A stretch of 64,000 nt of DNA from Octopus vulgaris. Lineage: Eukaryota. The first letter of the stretch is position 1, and every line of letters begins with the position of its first letter. The notes beneath the pieces were generated by a model, which was not told where the DNA came from, did not search any database, and saw only the letters and a list, made by a program, of their open reading frames with translations. Below are positions 28,761 to 40,781 of the stretch, in pieces. Where the stretch lies: the NCBI GenBank assembly GCA_951406725.2, contig OX597815.1, forward strand, positions 39,742,001-39,806,000, in the 5' to 3' direction. A program made the translations under genes and the position numbers.

Positions 28761-30225
28761 ATGAGATGGACTATGATCCTCTCTGTGACCTTCATCACTT
28801 GATCCAGCAGTTTAATACCCCTGCAGTCACAGACCATGTTTCACTACCGTGAAGCATGGCAGTTCGCACGCATGCATCGTACAATCTTCTTTTCACTCTG
28901 AACAAAAGACCCTTTGTCACCAGTAGGGGTAGAAGCTTTCTAAACTTTGCCCAGGCTATTCGTATTCTAGTGGTGACACTCTCTGAGCATCCACTTCTAC
29001 TACTAACTTGGTCACCTAGGTAGCAGAAACTATCAACTACTTCTAGTTTCTTCCCCTGGAGTGTGATGGAATCTGTTTTCTGAGTATCTGTGTTGTCTAT
29101 TGCCTCTGTGCATCTTCTGTACACGAAAGCTATCTTCTTGGTTAGTTTTCCTTTGATGTTGCTGCACTTCTTATGCATCCATAGCTTACACTGGGTACAT
29201 CTTATGGAGTTTCTACCTACATCTTTTCTACAGATTAAGCAGGGCCACCTACCTGATGGGTTGTGTGATGAGTTCGCCTTCCTACTTACTAGAACTTTGG
29301 TCTTTGCTACATTTACTCTAAGGCCTTTTGATTCTAAACCTAGCTTCCATACCCGAACTTTCTTTTCTAGTTCCGGTAGTGGTTCCACTATGAGGGCCAG
29401 GTCATCAGCATAGAGGAGCTCACAGGAGCAACCCGTCTTGAATTCTTCTGTTATTGCCTGGAGGAGTATGATCAATAAAAGGGGACTGAGGGCTGAACAT
29501 TGGTGGACCCCTACTTCTACCCAGAATTCTTCACTATACTCGTTGCCAATCCTAACCTTACTAACGGCCTCTCTGTATAGGGCCTGTACAGCCCTTATCA
29601 ACCATTCGTCAATCTCCAGTTTCCACATCACCCACCAGATAAGGGATTGGGGGACCCTGTCAAAGGCTTTCTCCAAGTCCACGAAAGCTATGTAGAGGGG
29701 TTTATCTTTAGCTAGGTATTTCTCTTGCAGTTGTTGAACCAGGAATATGGCATCAGTGGTGCTTCTACCTGGCACAAAACCGAACTGCATCTCATTCTAA
29801 GCAGACTCTCTCCCTAATGAGATGGACTATGATCCTCTCTGTGACCTTCATCACTTGATCCAGCAGTTTAATACTTCTGTAGTTATTTCTATCTAGAGCA
29901 TCACCTTTACCCTTGTAGCAGTTGACTATGGTGCTGCTACGCCTGTCATTGATTATGACTCCGTTATGAACTACCAGGTCTACAATGCGGGTGACTAGGC
30001 CATAGCCCACACCACCAGATGCTTTAAGCATCTCAGCAGTGATTCCTGGTGGGCTGGGGGCTTTTCCTGGCTTCATACCCTTAATTGCTTTATCTACTAG
30101 GGAGCGGTCTATTGGGATAGCTGGTCCCTCTACTGGGTCAACATTTAGCAGACTCTCCTCCTCCCATTCATTCTCCACATTCAACAGTCTTTCATAATGG
30201 CTTCTCCAAGCCTCTTTCTTTTCAG
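28761..30225 (-). mobile_element. RTE LINE RT fragment (331-aa open segment)
   Basis: QFGFVPGRSTTDAIF, FVDLEKAFDRV, GVHQCSALSP, LYADD. Confidence 0.93.
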
Positions 30226-31190
30226 AATATATATACAGAGAGGACGTTGTCACAGATCTTGATCAAGAACAAGGATCACTTTACACCAATGGAGTACAGG
30301 CAACTGATTCAACGCTACAGTTAACTATCACACATGTATGGTCTCCCTAAGATTCACAAGGATGGTATTCCATTAACACCTATAGTGAGCTGTAGAGGTT
30401 CACCGTGTCATCCACTGAGTCGCTTCTTTGTGGATATAATCAGTCCGTTAGTAGGAAAGTCAACATCCCACATGAAGAATTCCATCCACTTCACAGAATT
30501 GATCGAGAATACTCCCATTGAATCCAACCAGATGGTGAGTCTAGATGTGATAAGTCTGTTCACTAAAGTCCCAATTGGTGAAGTACTGTCGGTGATTCAA
30601 GAGAAACTAGTAACAGACACCCATCTAAAAGAACACACTAGTAAACCAACAAGAAACTTGATGGAAATGTTGACCTTCTGTGTGGAAACTACATGCTTCA
30701 GTATGGACACTGATATATATCGACAAGAAGAGGATTTAGCAATTGGTTTGCTATTATCACTGATAATAGCCAATATATACGTGGAATACTTTGAGAATTT
30801 GGCTTTAGGATCAACACCACTAAAACCAACCCAATGGCTGCGAACTCAATAAAGCCATCCATACAGTTCACAATGGAAAAGGAAAAAGACAATCAGCTAG
30901 CATTCATGGATGTTTTAATAACATGCACCAAGTATGGATTGAGGACATCCGTATACTGCAAGCCGGCCTTCACTGGATGATACCTTAACTTCAATTCCCA
31001 CTATCCGTACAGTGTAAAGAGAGGGATTGTTCAGTGCCTAAAACATCGAGCAAAGAATATTAGTAGCGATTGTGATACCCACCATGAAGAAATGATCAGG
31101 CTTAGTAACAATCTATTAAGAACAACTACCCCCAAAACATACTATTCACTCCAATTATGAAGAAAAAAGAGGCTGAGAGAACAGAGGGCA
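30225..31190 (+). mobile_element. Penelope-like (Poseidon/Neptune-type) RT fragment
   Basis: MYGLPKIHKDGIPLTPIVS, MVSLDVISLFTKVP, IQFTMEKEKDNQLAFMDV. Confidence 0.88.
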
Positions 31191-33061
31191 GTATCTATTA
31201 AGGGTAGGGCTGAGGGAGTAGACATCATAGTTGGTATAGCCATAAAAATCAATATTTATTAGAAGCAATATCATGAGGTTTGGTAAAGGAAAACTTAAAA
31301 CAAGATGTTAGCTGACAATTAAGTGGGTCGCCCACCAGCAGACCATTGATAATGAAACAGAGGAAGTCTTATCATATAGTACTATAGTTAAATATTTTAA
31401 ACAATGTTGCTATATTGTATACAGTTAAAGTTTAGGGTTATTCAGAGGATTATTAATGCAGTACGATCGTTTCATGCAACTCCATTTAATTGAACAATGC
31501 AATCATTACATCAATTTAAAACGCAGAGCAACTTGTACTAATTTTATCTATTCCAAAGGAATAAAGGCAAAGTCAATAATGGTGGGATTTGAACTAAGAA
31601 TGTGAAGAGATGTAACTAAATATCACATTCTACCAATTCTGCCATCCACCATCCTTGTGTGATATAACATTAAAAAAAAAAATCCATAACAATTTTCCTA
31701 ACAACAATTCTTCATATAGTGTACTGATAGTTCTTGTTACTTTTATTTCCTTGTTTGTATTTATTTATTTGTTTTATGTAACTGTGAGTGTTATGTCTAA
31801 ATCCAAAATGTAACTGAAAAATTGTTTTTCAATTTGACATAATAAATTTGACTTAATATGAAAATACTAAACGCTTCAAATTATTTACTTCTGTATGTTT
31901 TATGAATGAATGGGTTTCACTATTGTAATAAGTAAAGGAAAAAATATACTATTGTAAGTAAAATGATTTGCAATAATAGCTTGTTGCTGGTTTTTGTATG
32001 CATTTTAGGATATTTTTTCTACCCCAAAATGTATTTATTTTATGGTTTCAGATCACAGGTGTTTGTCGTGTTGAAATGTTGCTGCTGTAACCTTTGTTCT
32101 GTATTTGATGAATGAAGAAATTTAAAGCTATTTTCTGTTCAATTGGAGTGTAGTTTTATCCTGCTGAGTTTGGAAAAAAGGGGAAATGTCCAGGCCCTTT
32201 GCAACAGATGATATTGAAGCCACTAATGTTATGCTTAAACTATTGTGAGGCAATGTCTGCAGAGAAGACATAAGGAGGGGGAAGATTCCGGAATGACAAT
32301 ATTTTGGGAAATAGTAGTTAATGCAGTGCATGGGGTGAAGATAGATGAAATTGAGCACAACAAGGATAATAAGAGATGGAAAGATGAATGGTTTGGAGAT
32401 GCTTGACTGGTGGAGGTAAGAAACCAACTTGCTGTGAAGAACGGAATCATTATTAGTAGCAATAGAAAAGAAACATAGAAGAGACACCACATCTATGGGC
32501 CACAGGTAGGAACATATCTGTGCCAATCAGTCAAGTGGCCCTTCTTTGAATGTAATCCAGAATGACTGTGTGCACAGCAACACACAGTCATATTGCTACT
32601 GTATGTTGGATGCTGTAACAATATTCTATTGTGGGTTTCACTTAAGCTTTATAGAGTGCACTAGCAAGTGTCATATGAATTTGTTGGTATTTAATGCAAG
32701 CAGACACCCTGAAGTTTTATGAGTGGATATTGAGAAGCTATTGCAGAACCCCAAGTTGTAGTGTTAAGTCCAAACTCGAGATGGAGAGAAAGAGAGTGTG
32801 GTGCTTTTGGCACCAGTCAGTGGTGTTCAATTCTGATTTGGTGGCAGTCTCCTCAAAGTCTTTTGGATATACAGCATGTTTAAAATATAATTATAAATCA
32901 CAAATTTGCTTTGAATATTGTTATTTGTCTGCTTAATTTTATCAGCCACTTATTATTATCTAAATCTTTCTGTTCCAAAGTAATTGCAATATGTAGCTAT
33001 AATTGTAAATTACAGCAGGTCTTTCTTATTTTCCTACCAGGAAACAGTCTGAACATTTTAA

Positions 33062-33286
33062 CCCTTTAGCATTCAGATTACTCTGAAAAATCTAATACTT
33101 ATTTATTCACATTATTTCGAATTAATCATGCATTATATTACCTCACAGTTTTGAGGCTTCAATGATGTGACTGTTCATTATGAGACTGACATTTTAGGGA
33201 GGTGTGGCACGCCTGACCAGGTCAGTTTGAACATAACACAAGATAGAATATTTGAGACAGATATGGCCAGTTTAAATGTTGAAAGG
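33062..33286. mobile_element. piggyBac-type (TTAA) MITE
   Basis: TTAA|CCCTTTAGCATT ... AATGTTGAAAGG|TCAA degenerate TIRs. Confidence 0.6.
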
Positions 33287-34096
33287 TCAAACTTTCCTAG
33301 TTGTTTATCTGCAATATTTTGGTGTATGAACATTGTGTTGCACTGGATGCAATGGTGGACTTGCCACCATGAAATGATCATAGTTATGAGAAATAATCCA
33401 ACCAAATGAGAACAAATATCTCCCATAGGACCATTAGGACTTCCACTTTCTCGTTTTAAATGTTATCAGGATCCATCCTTCAAGCTGTAAGTAGATTGCC
33501 ATTTTATTGATATGAACACAAAATAATATCTACATTAATTGTAGTATTCAGGTCATGTACAGACTTTCATGCATCACTGTTTTATGTCTTCTTTCCTAGT
33601 TGGCATGGGTTAGATGAGTCATTATGATCTAAATTAATTCCCATTTGAAGTTATTGCTCTCTTATATGGTCGTAAGTTTTGGTCAAAAGTTTGCATAATT
33701 CTGGTTTGGTTTCCATGGCTAAATGCCCTCCTATTACCAATGATTTTACATTGCAGGGTTTTAATAACTGGTCCAGCATATCTAGTTTCAATGTGTTACA
33801 GGGTTGACAGTGAAGTGCTTATACATGCATATACATATGCATACACACACATGTAAAATGCTTGAACATTAAAGGATAGGACCATGCAGTACATTTCCGA
33901 AGAGTACCATTTTTGTTTTAACAAGGAAAGTTTCACAATGACTTTGAAGTTTGGGCTTGCTTACTGTCATCTCAAGATGGTAAGTGCATCAAAACAAACA
34001 TTGGAGCTCAGCACGGTCCTCTGACCAGTGAGATCCTCTCAATCCATCCACTCCATGCCAGCATGGAATACAGACACTTATGATGATGATGATATA

Positions 34097-34955
34097 CAGA
34101 GGCTGGACAAAATAATGGAAACACCTTAAGATTTCAAACAAACTTATTTTAATATGGGGTAAGACTGCCTTTGGTAGTAATTACAGCTTGAATTCTATGA
34201 GGTATGGACTCGTACAAAGTTTAAATTGTTTCCAAAGGAATTTTTGTCCATTCTTCAGCTAAAACAGTCTCCAGTTCTTGTAGTGATGATGGTGGAGGAT
34301 ATTGACTCCTTACTTGTTTTTCTAAAATGCATCATAAACGTTCAATAATATTGATGTCTGGGGACTGTGGTGGCCAGATAAGATGTTCAACTTCACTAGA
34401 ATGTTCCTCATGCCATAGCTGTGTGAACTGGTGCATTATCATCCTGAAAGATTGTGTTTCCCTCCAGAGACAGTTCCGCAACCATTGGATGAATTTGATA
34501 AGATAAAATGCTTAAATAGTTTTGACTATTAATTTTGCCATGAAGGGAAACCGTTGGTCTGGCGGATTTACAAGATATAGCCCCCCCCCACTCGATCATC
34601 AATTACCTTCCTCCATCTTTAACAGTTGGAAGAAAGCAGTCTGGGTCAAATGCTTCTTTTGGCTGTCTCCACACATATACTCAGCTGGTGGTCGGAAATG
34701 AGGTAAAGGATGACTCGTCCAAGAAAATAACATTCTTCTACTGCTCTAGGGACCAATTCTGTAGGTTTTTATTCCACTCTAAACACTTTGCAACGTTTGT
34801 TGTTGAAATTAGCTGTTTTCTGATTGAAGCCCTCCCATGAAATCCGGCTTTGGGCAACTCCCGGTGAACAGTTTTTGGGGAAACTGGGTTCTCGAGGTGG
34901 CCATTAAGCCCGGCAGTAATTTTGTGAGCTGTACTTTTGTGATACTTTCCCACTT
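34097..34955 (-). mobile_element. Tc1-family transposon remnant with one TIR
   Basis: TA|CAGAGGCTGGACAAAATAATGGAAACACC end; fragments FLDESSF, WGGAIS, FQDDNAPVHTA, WPPQSPD. Confidence 0.88.
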
Positions 34956-35091
34956 TCACAAAGGCTGTCAGTACTTTTGAGACAGTACTTCTTGTGTGAT
35001 TCCATGACTGAAGTGCCCAGAAGTGGAGAGAGATAGAAAAAGTGGTTTTTAAAAGTAGGAGAGTACAAAAATGGCACCTGTGTGTGTGTTT

Positions 35092-35130
<39 letters not shown>

Positions 35131-35293
35131 TTGTGTCTGTATGTGTATGTGTAAAGGAGTGGTGTGGACAGGTTACCTGCTGTAGTTTGATTTGGTGGTG
35201 AGAGGCATTATATTGCTCTGTGTATATGTATGTGTTTGTGTATGTATGTGCTTTTGTATCTATGTATGAGTATATGTGAATGCATATGTACCA

Positions 35294-35325
<32 letters not shown>

Positions 35326-37449
35326 AGGTGTGAGAGGCATGATGACAAGTGAGTACGTTGATAGTGTGTGTGTGTGTGTGTGTGACATATAGGATAGGAG
35401 GGAAGAGGAGATAGAAATTTTTAACATAATGGACAACTGAAGGGTTCTATGAGAAAATCTGCAGAAGACTACAAACCAGATCTGAGGCTGGTGCTAAGTT
35501 TCCAGATAGACAGAAGGGGATATGGTGATAAAATAATAGTGTAGTTAGAGCCATAACAGCTAAAAGGCAGTTCTAAAAGATTGAAAGAAAGTGTGTAGAA
35601 CAATATCAAGCTCCTAGATTAGAAGTCAGATATCAGAAACATACAGAAGAAAGGGAAAAACAAAAAGAAAGAGGTATACACATATTCTACAGTGTGAAGA
35701 GTTGGAGCATGAAGTGTTTTGGATTGCAGGACAATGTTTTAAAGAAAGTTGATATAGAGGTGAAGAGAAGTGGGTACGCAATGATAATGGAACACTCATT
35801 ATCAGACATTAAAATGAATGAGGCATGAAATGCTACAAGAGGCTTTTGAATTTGAAGAATACATGAGAAAGTGAGGAATTGCCCCCCCCCCCCACAAGCA
35901 GCCCCAACAAAGAGATCAGCTATTAATCTTTTCAAGGTCATATTTCTCATGAAATACATAATCTACATGGTTCAATTAGTTTTGTAAACAAAAATTTGAA
36001 GGTAATTTAGTGAAATAACTAACTAAAAACATAGCTTAAAGGAGTTCTTACATAAATTATGAAAAACTTTTGGCTTATATATGCCCCTTTTAAAACAATA
36101 GGGTTCTGATCATAGAAGCAGTTTCAAATGGGTTATTAATACCAAAAACATTATAGCTGACAGCAGTTTAGTCATAAGATCAATTCAGAATTTTAAGTCA
36201 GCTGGGTCATCAGTTGCTGAGACAGTGAGAACATCCAGCAAAGCAGGGCATGTACTAGCCATAGAATCAATAAAAGTAGTGCAGAATGGTGTCATATCAA
36301 ATGACAGATATGAGAGAGTGCAAGAAGCTCAAGTCCTCTTCTCTCAGTAAATGAAAGTGTATATGTGAAATTTAAAAGTGTTTGTTCACACAGCAATGCA
36401 AACTGGTTTTATGCAATTGTCTTTTAACTTTCATTACGTTAAAAAAAAAAGATCTCCCCAGAGCTTGCTAGTAAATCTTATGGCATGCATTGTCTACTAC
36501 ATGTTGTAATGTAAATCTGTCTGGAATCATGGAGCATTTCCAGCATTCGTCACATATGTTTTCCATGATGATTCAAGAAGTTCACTGTTTCAACTCAGTG
36601 TCATTAAAAACAGCACAAGGATTGATATGTGGAATGTGAATACTTGAAATGCACAATAATTAATGTATGGAATGTGAAACATCTATGGGAATATTGAACT
36701 GTAACACCTGTACAAGACCAGATATTTGGAGAAAAATAAACAGTGGATAAGACTGTCCCAAATACTTGACATGTTCTGTTATATCAACACTGGAAAAGCT
36801 GACCTCAGCAAGATTTGAACTAAGAAAGTAGAGAGCAAGGAATCCCGTTGATTTCAGTTTTGACTCAAATCAATGTTCAGCAACAACTATTCATATTTAG
36901 CTAAGTTCCAATAAGTTGTTCATTGAACAATTAATGTACCAAAAATATACAATTTGATTGGTTAATGATAACCAATAAAAGTCATGTATCGTGCTTCTGA
37001 AAATTATTTCTACTATGTGTAGATAACAAGGTTACATTCCCTTTCACTGAATGGCATTTTGCAAAGCAAATAAGTTTAATCAAACAGAAGCTAATTTTGT
37101 ACAGTGGGTAATTGTTCCCATGTCTATATGCTATCTTATACAGCATGTGCCTTTTTTTCTCTGACGTTTACGTAGACCAGTACCCTCGAAGTTTAATTTT
37201 AATAGAAATTTCTAAAGAATACTAATATAAACATTTAAATGGCTATCATTTGTTTCCACTGAAGGGCTTTGATGAAATATCAATACTGTGCCAATTAAAA
37301 TCATTTGGTAAAGTTCGGAAATTTGGATAGGATCTCAAATATAGGAGTCTGGTCTTTAATTGCTAAGACTGAGTTTCCTTGGATTCTAACCTTTATTTTC
37401 TACAGCCTCAAATACCGAGTCACTATCAGATACATTTAAAAAAAAAACT

Positions 37450-37780
37450 ACTTGGATGTCCCAGTCCGTTGATTCCTTTGCTTCCTATCACATCATGGAT
37501 GCTGCAGTAAATGGGAGGGTCACTGCTTCCATAGCCAAATGGAACAAAATCCTTAAGTATTGGGACTTGTCAGTGAACTATTTCTTCTATCCTGTGACAT
37601 TTGGAGGCACTAGGCTGCTAACAGCAAAATTCTTGTCATTGTTGAAGGTTTGCCCTACCGAGATGTCAGATGAAGCCTGTGAGGGTACCCTGGCTGTTCC
37701 AATGCGTTAGCCTCGCAATCGCCCAAGGTAACGCTGCAAGCATGTTGACTTGCTTCAGTAGGTTCTGTTGAAGCTTGTGA
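37450..37780 (+). mobile_element. CRE-like non-LTR retrotransposon restriction-like endonuclease tail
   Basis: DSFASYHI...KILKYWDLSVNYFFYPV, then LFQCVSLAIAQGNAASML in another frame. Confidence 0.65.
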
Positions 37781-38320
37781 TGAGCAACCAGTTGAGGCAC
37801 TTGGTGTTGAATAAATGTGGTTTTTTTCCTCTTTTTTCTTTGTTCCTCTTTTCCCACTTTTTTCCAGATTTTAAGTTTGTATTTTTAACGTGGATTTGTA
37901 TTATATATGTATCATATACATACATATTATATTCCAATAAAATTAATATTTCGCCAGTTTTTCATCAAAACGATTGTTTAATGAAGACACATATATATAT
38001 ATCTGCAGTAACTTAAAATAACCTCATAGTCAATAATACAATACCGATTCGTTATGAGGTTGTCAGAGAATTAAAGAAAACTGTTTATATATTTTTATGT
38101 CTTTCTAGTCTAGGACTACTGAGAACTGACATTAGTGCTTTCCATATTTAATGCGAGTTGCTACCGGTTAATGGTTTGGATGGGAAATCGTGATGACTAT
38201 GTGCAGGTTTTCCCCGCAGAAGTTGGTGAAAAAGTGGAATATTGAGGGTCTTTAGAATAGCTATCTTTTTCTTATTTATTTACTTTTTTTTAAATGTTGA
38301 GTCTGAAGGAAGAGGCTGTG

Positions 38321-38500
38321 TCACGATTTTGCGATCTGAAAGGCAGCTACCAATCCAAGAGATAAGAGGTGGTGGTAACTCTTGGGTGAGAAGTTTGATA
38401 GGAAATTTCCATGCCAGATACGGTGAAAGGCTTTCTTGATATCCAAGGTAAAAACATTGCTTTTACCGAAAAGTTTATTTTCGGCGAGGACCTCTTTTTC
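38321..38500 (-). mobile_element. Old Jockey/L2-type RT fragment
   Basis: LDIKKAFHRIWH resembles the LDxxKAFDRVWH motif. Confidence 0.55.
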
Positions 38501-39133
38501 TTGTAGACGTGGAACCAAGAAAGTTATCTCTCTTGGTTACAAGAATGCAAGAGTTACCTAACTTGGTTTCTCGATAGTAAGAGTTATCACACTTGGTATA
38601 AATAAAGCACCGAGCACTTTGTGCATCTTAATTATTGAACTAAATAAACATCAGTCTATATTCGTTGACATATCTTGCGCTTTACTACAGGCTGTATGTT
38701 ACCAGCCATATTCTGGTACGTAGCTATTTTTAATTTGCATATTTGTTTATTTTCGTTATCGAAATGTCGTATATATTTACATTTGCATCTATATAAACAA
38801 TCCACGTAGGAGTTTTATTTTTGTTTTGTCATACTCTGCGTGTTACATTGATGTATGGTTGAAGTTTTACTGAAGTGAAATATTGTAATCATGCCTTTCT
38901 GTAAGGTGTAATAAACCACGTAATTAACTTGAAATAATTTGCGGTTATCTTAATCTTGAGTTGGTTTTCGTCATCAATTAGTTTTGTTTAATTGCACACC
39001 GGTTTTATGTGTACTTTCTCGTATTTTATACGTCCACCGGTTATCACGAACAGAGGGTGACATCCTGCAAAAATGAAAAGCGCCCATTATTACAGTTCGC
39101 TTTAAAGTTTACAATTAAATACATAATTACTAA

Positions 39134-40055
39134 ATCTTACCATAATGGGCATTACGTCCGTCTGTTTGTTCCCTCTTCACGGTGAAACAGCTGGATCAAT
39201 AGTCACGGTGTTTTTTCGGGATTACGAAGGAGGTAGGAAGATTTTTAGCGAAAAAAATGGGATCTATTCAATTTGACAAAATGGGAAAAAGTATGACTAT
39301 TTACTGGATACTGAGTTTTGCATTAATAAATCACCTTTGATTTTTTTTGTTAAAATTCCAGCGACGAGAATTAATTCTGGATCCTCCCTCCACCCCCCCC
39401 ACCCACGTATAGGTCGTGATTTTAAAGGGCTTAGATTTGCGATACTATCCCGTTATTTCCCAACGTAGATAGGCAGATTTGCTATCTTACTATAATGGGC
39501 GTTATGTCTGTTTGTCTGTCCCCTCTTCACAGCCAGACGGTAGGACCAATGGTTACGATACTTTTCGAGATTACAAAGACGGGTAAACTTTCAGTATATG
39601 ATGTTTTAAAAAAAGTAAATAAAAATTAAAGGGGGCAATAACAAGGGGAGTTAAATAAGCCAACTTACTGTTAAACAACGTAGACATTGCCTATAGCCAC
39701 CAAAAAGTGAACAAAAGTTTTTTTCATTGTTACAGAATTCCTCCATATAAACTCGTGTAAATATGAAACCAATAAATTGTCTCAGATTCCAAATTGACGT
39801 CGTAATTTTCTTTTTACCTGCATCCATATATTCTCCACATTTTGCGTATAGACGTCGTTATTTGTCGGATCTACATAGTTCTGAGTGTGCATACTGTTAT
39901 TTAGATATGACAACCTAATGATTTCCCCTTTAATTTTAATTTATACTGAAAGATTACCCAAAGACTGTCGCCAGGAAAGTTTTTAGCATTAAAAAATCAG
40001 AAAGTATGATTATTTCGTGGATACTGGTTTTTGAATTGATAAACCACCTTCGCAT
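39134..40055 (+). mobile_element. Two tandem Helitron-like 5' modules (starts 39134 and 39485)
   Basis: A|TCTTACYATAATGGGC...TCTGTTTGT...CCCTCTTCAC occurs twice; the second module resumes near 40000. Confidence 0.6.
39671..39900 (-). mobile_element. Merlin (IS1016/ISXO2-like) transposase C-terminal fragment
   Basis: HTQNYVDPTNNDVYTQNVENIWMQVKRKLRRQFGI*DNLLVSYLHEFIWRN. Confidence 0.75.
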
Positions 40056-40549
40056 TTATTAATTTAAGGATAACAATTCAGTAAAAAAAAAAAAAAAACG
40101 AAAGCCATGGAAAATAATTTTAATTTAACAATTAAGGAAAAAAAAAACGAAAGGCTAAAACGAAAGCAGAAACTCACACAAAAACAAAACGAATACTTTT
40201 AGACACACGCGTAACAATTAAGAAAAGAAAAAAAACGAAAGGCCAAAATTTAGGGTTAGAGTTAGGGTTAGTGACAGGATGTTGTCTCAGTTTTAGACGC
40301 AGCAAATGATTTTAGCTCAATAGAGGCCATAGGATTGGTTAACATTCGAATAATTAAACTATGTTAAACTTACAAATTACAATTTTCTCAAGAAAGCCAA
40401 GAGAAAAAAAATGTTTTATTTTGACACATTCTACCAGTATACGAAGTTTAAAAGTGTTTAGTTAACTAGAAATTGTGTTGAAAACTGCCGTTCAAAAGGA
40501 AAAGATCCCATTAAAAATTCACTGACCATGAGTAACACTTGATTTTCAT

Positions 40550-40781
40550 TGTATAGCTCGTGGCCCCATGGTAGATACGAAGGGGGTCGCGAGGACGGTT
40601 ACTAGCGAAAATACAATGGAAAAAGTGTGTGTGATTATTTAGTGGTTATTGAAATGTGTCGGTCTCAAGCAGGATTCGAAACGGATAATCGAAGCGGCTG
40701 TTGTTTACATCTCAGTTTTGTCAATCAAAATAATGCAGGGTACCAAAACATCCAGACATTATTTGCATAGAACAGTGAGAG
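40550..40781 (+). promoter_or_regulatory. Candidate MAN2C1 promoter and first exon
   Basis: Locally CpG-rich, forkhead-type TTGTTTACAT motif near 40701, consensus donor GAG|gtaagt at 40782. The coding exon at 44107 has an acceptor upstream of its ATG, so an upstream exon is expected. Confidence 0.5.

Noticed and set aside
28795-29790. Functional reverse transcriptase gene
   Set aside because: Truncated, frameshifted from the upstream segment and ending in a rearranged junction
40249-40271. Telomeric TTAGGG repeats
   Set aside because: Only about 3 imperfect units, probably part of a dispersed repeat
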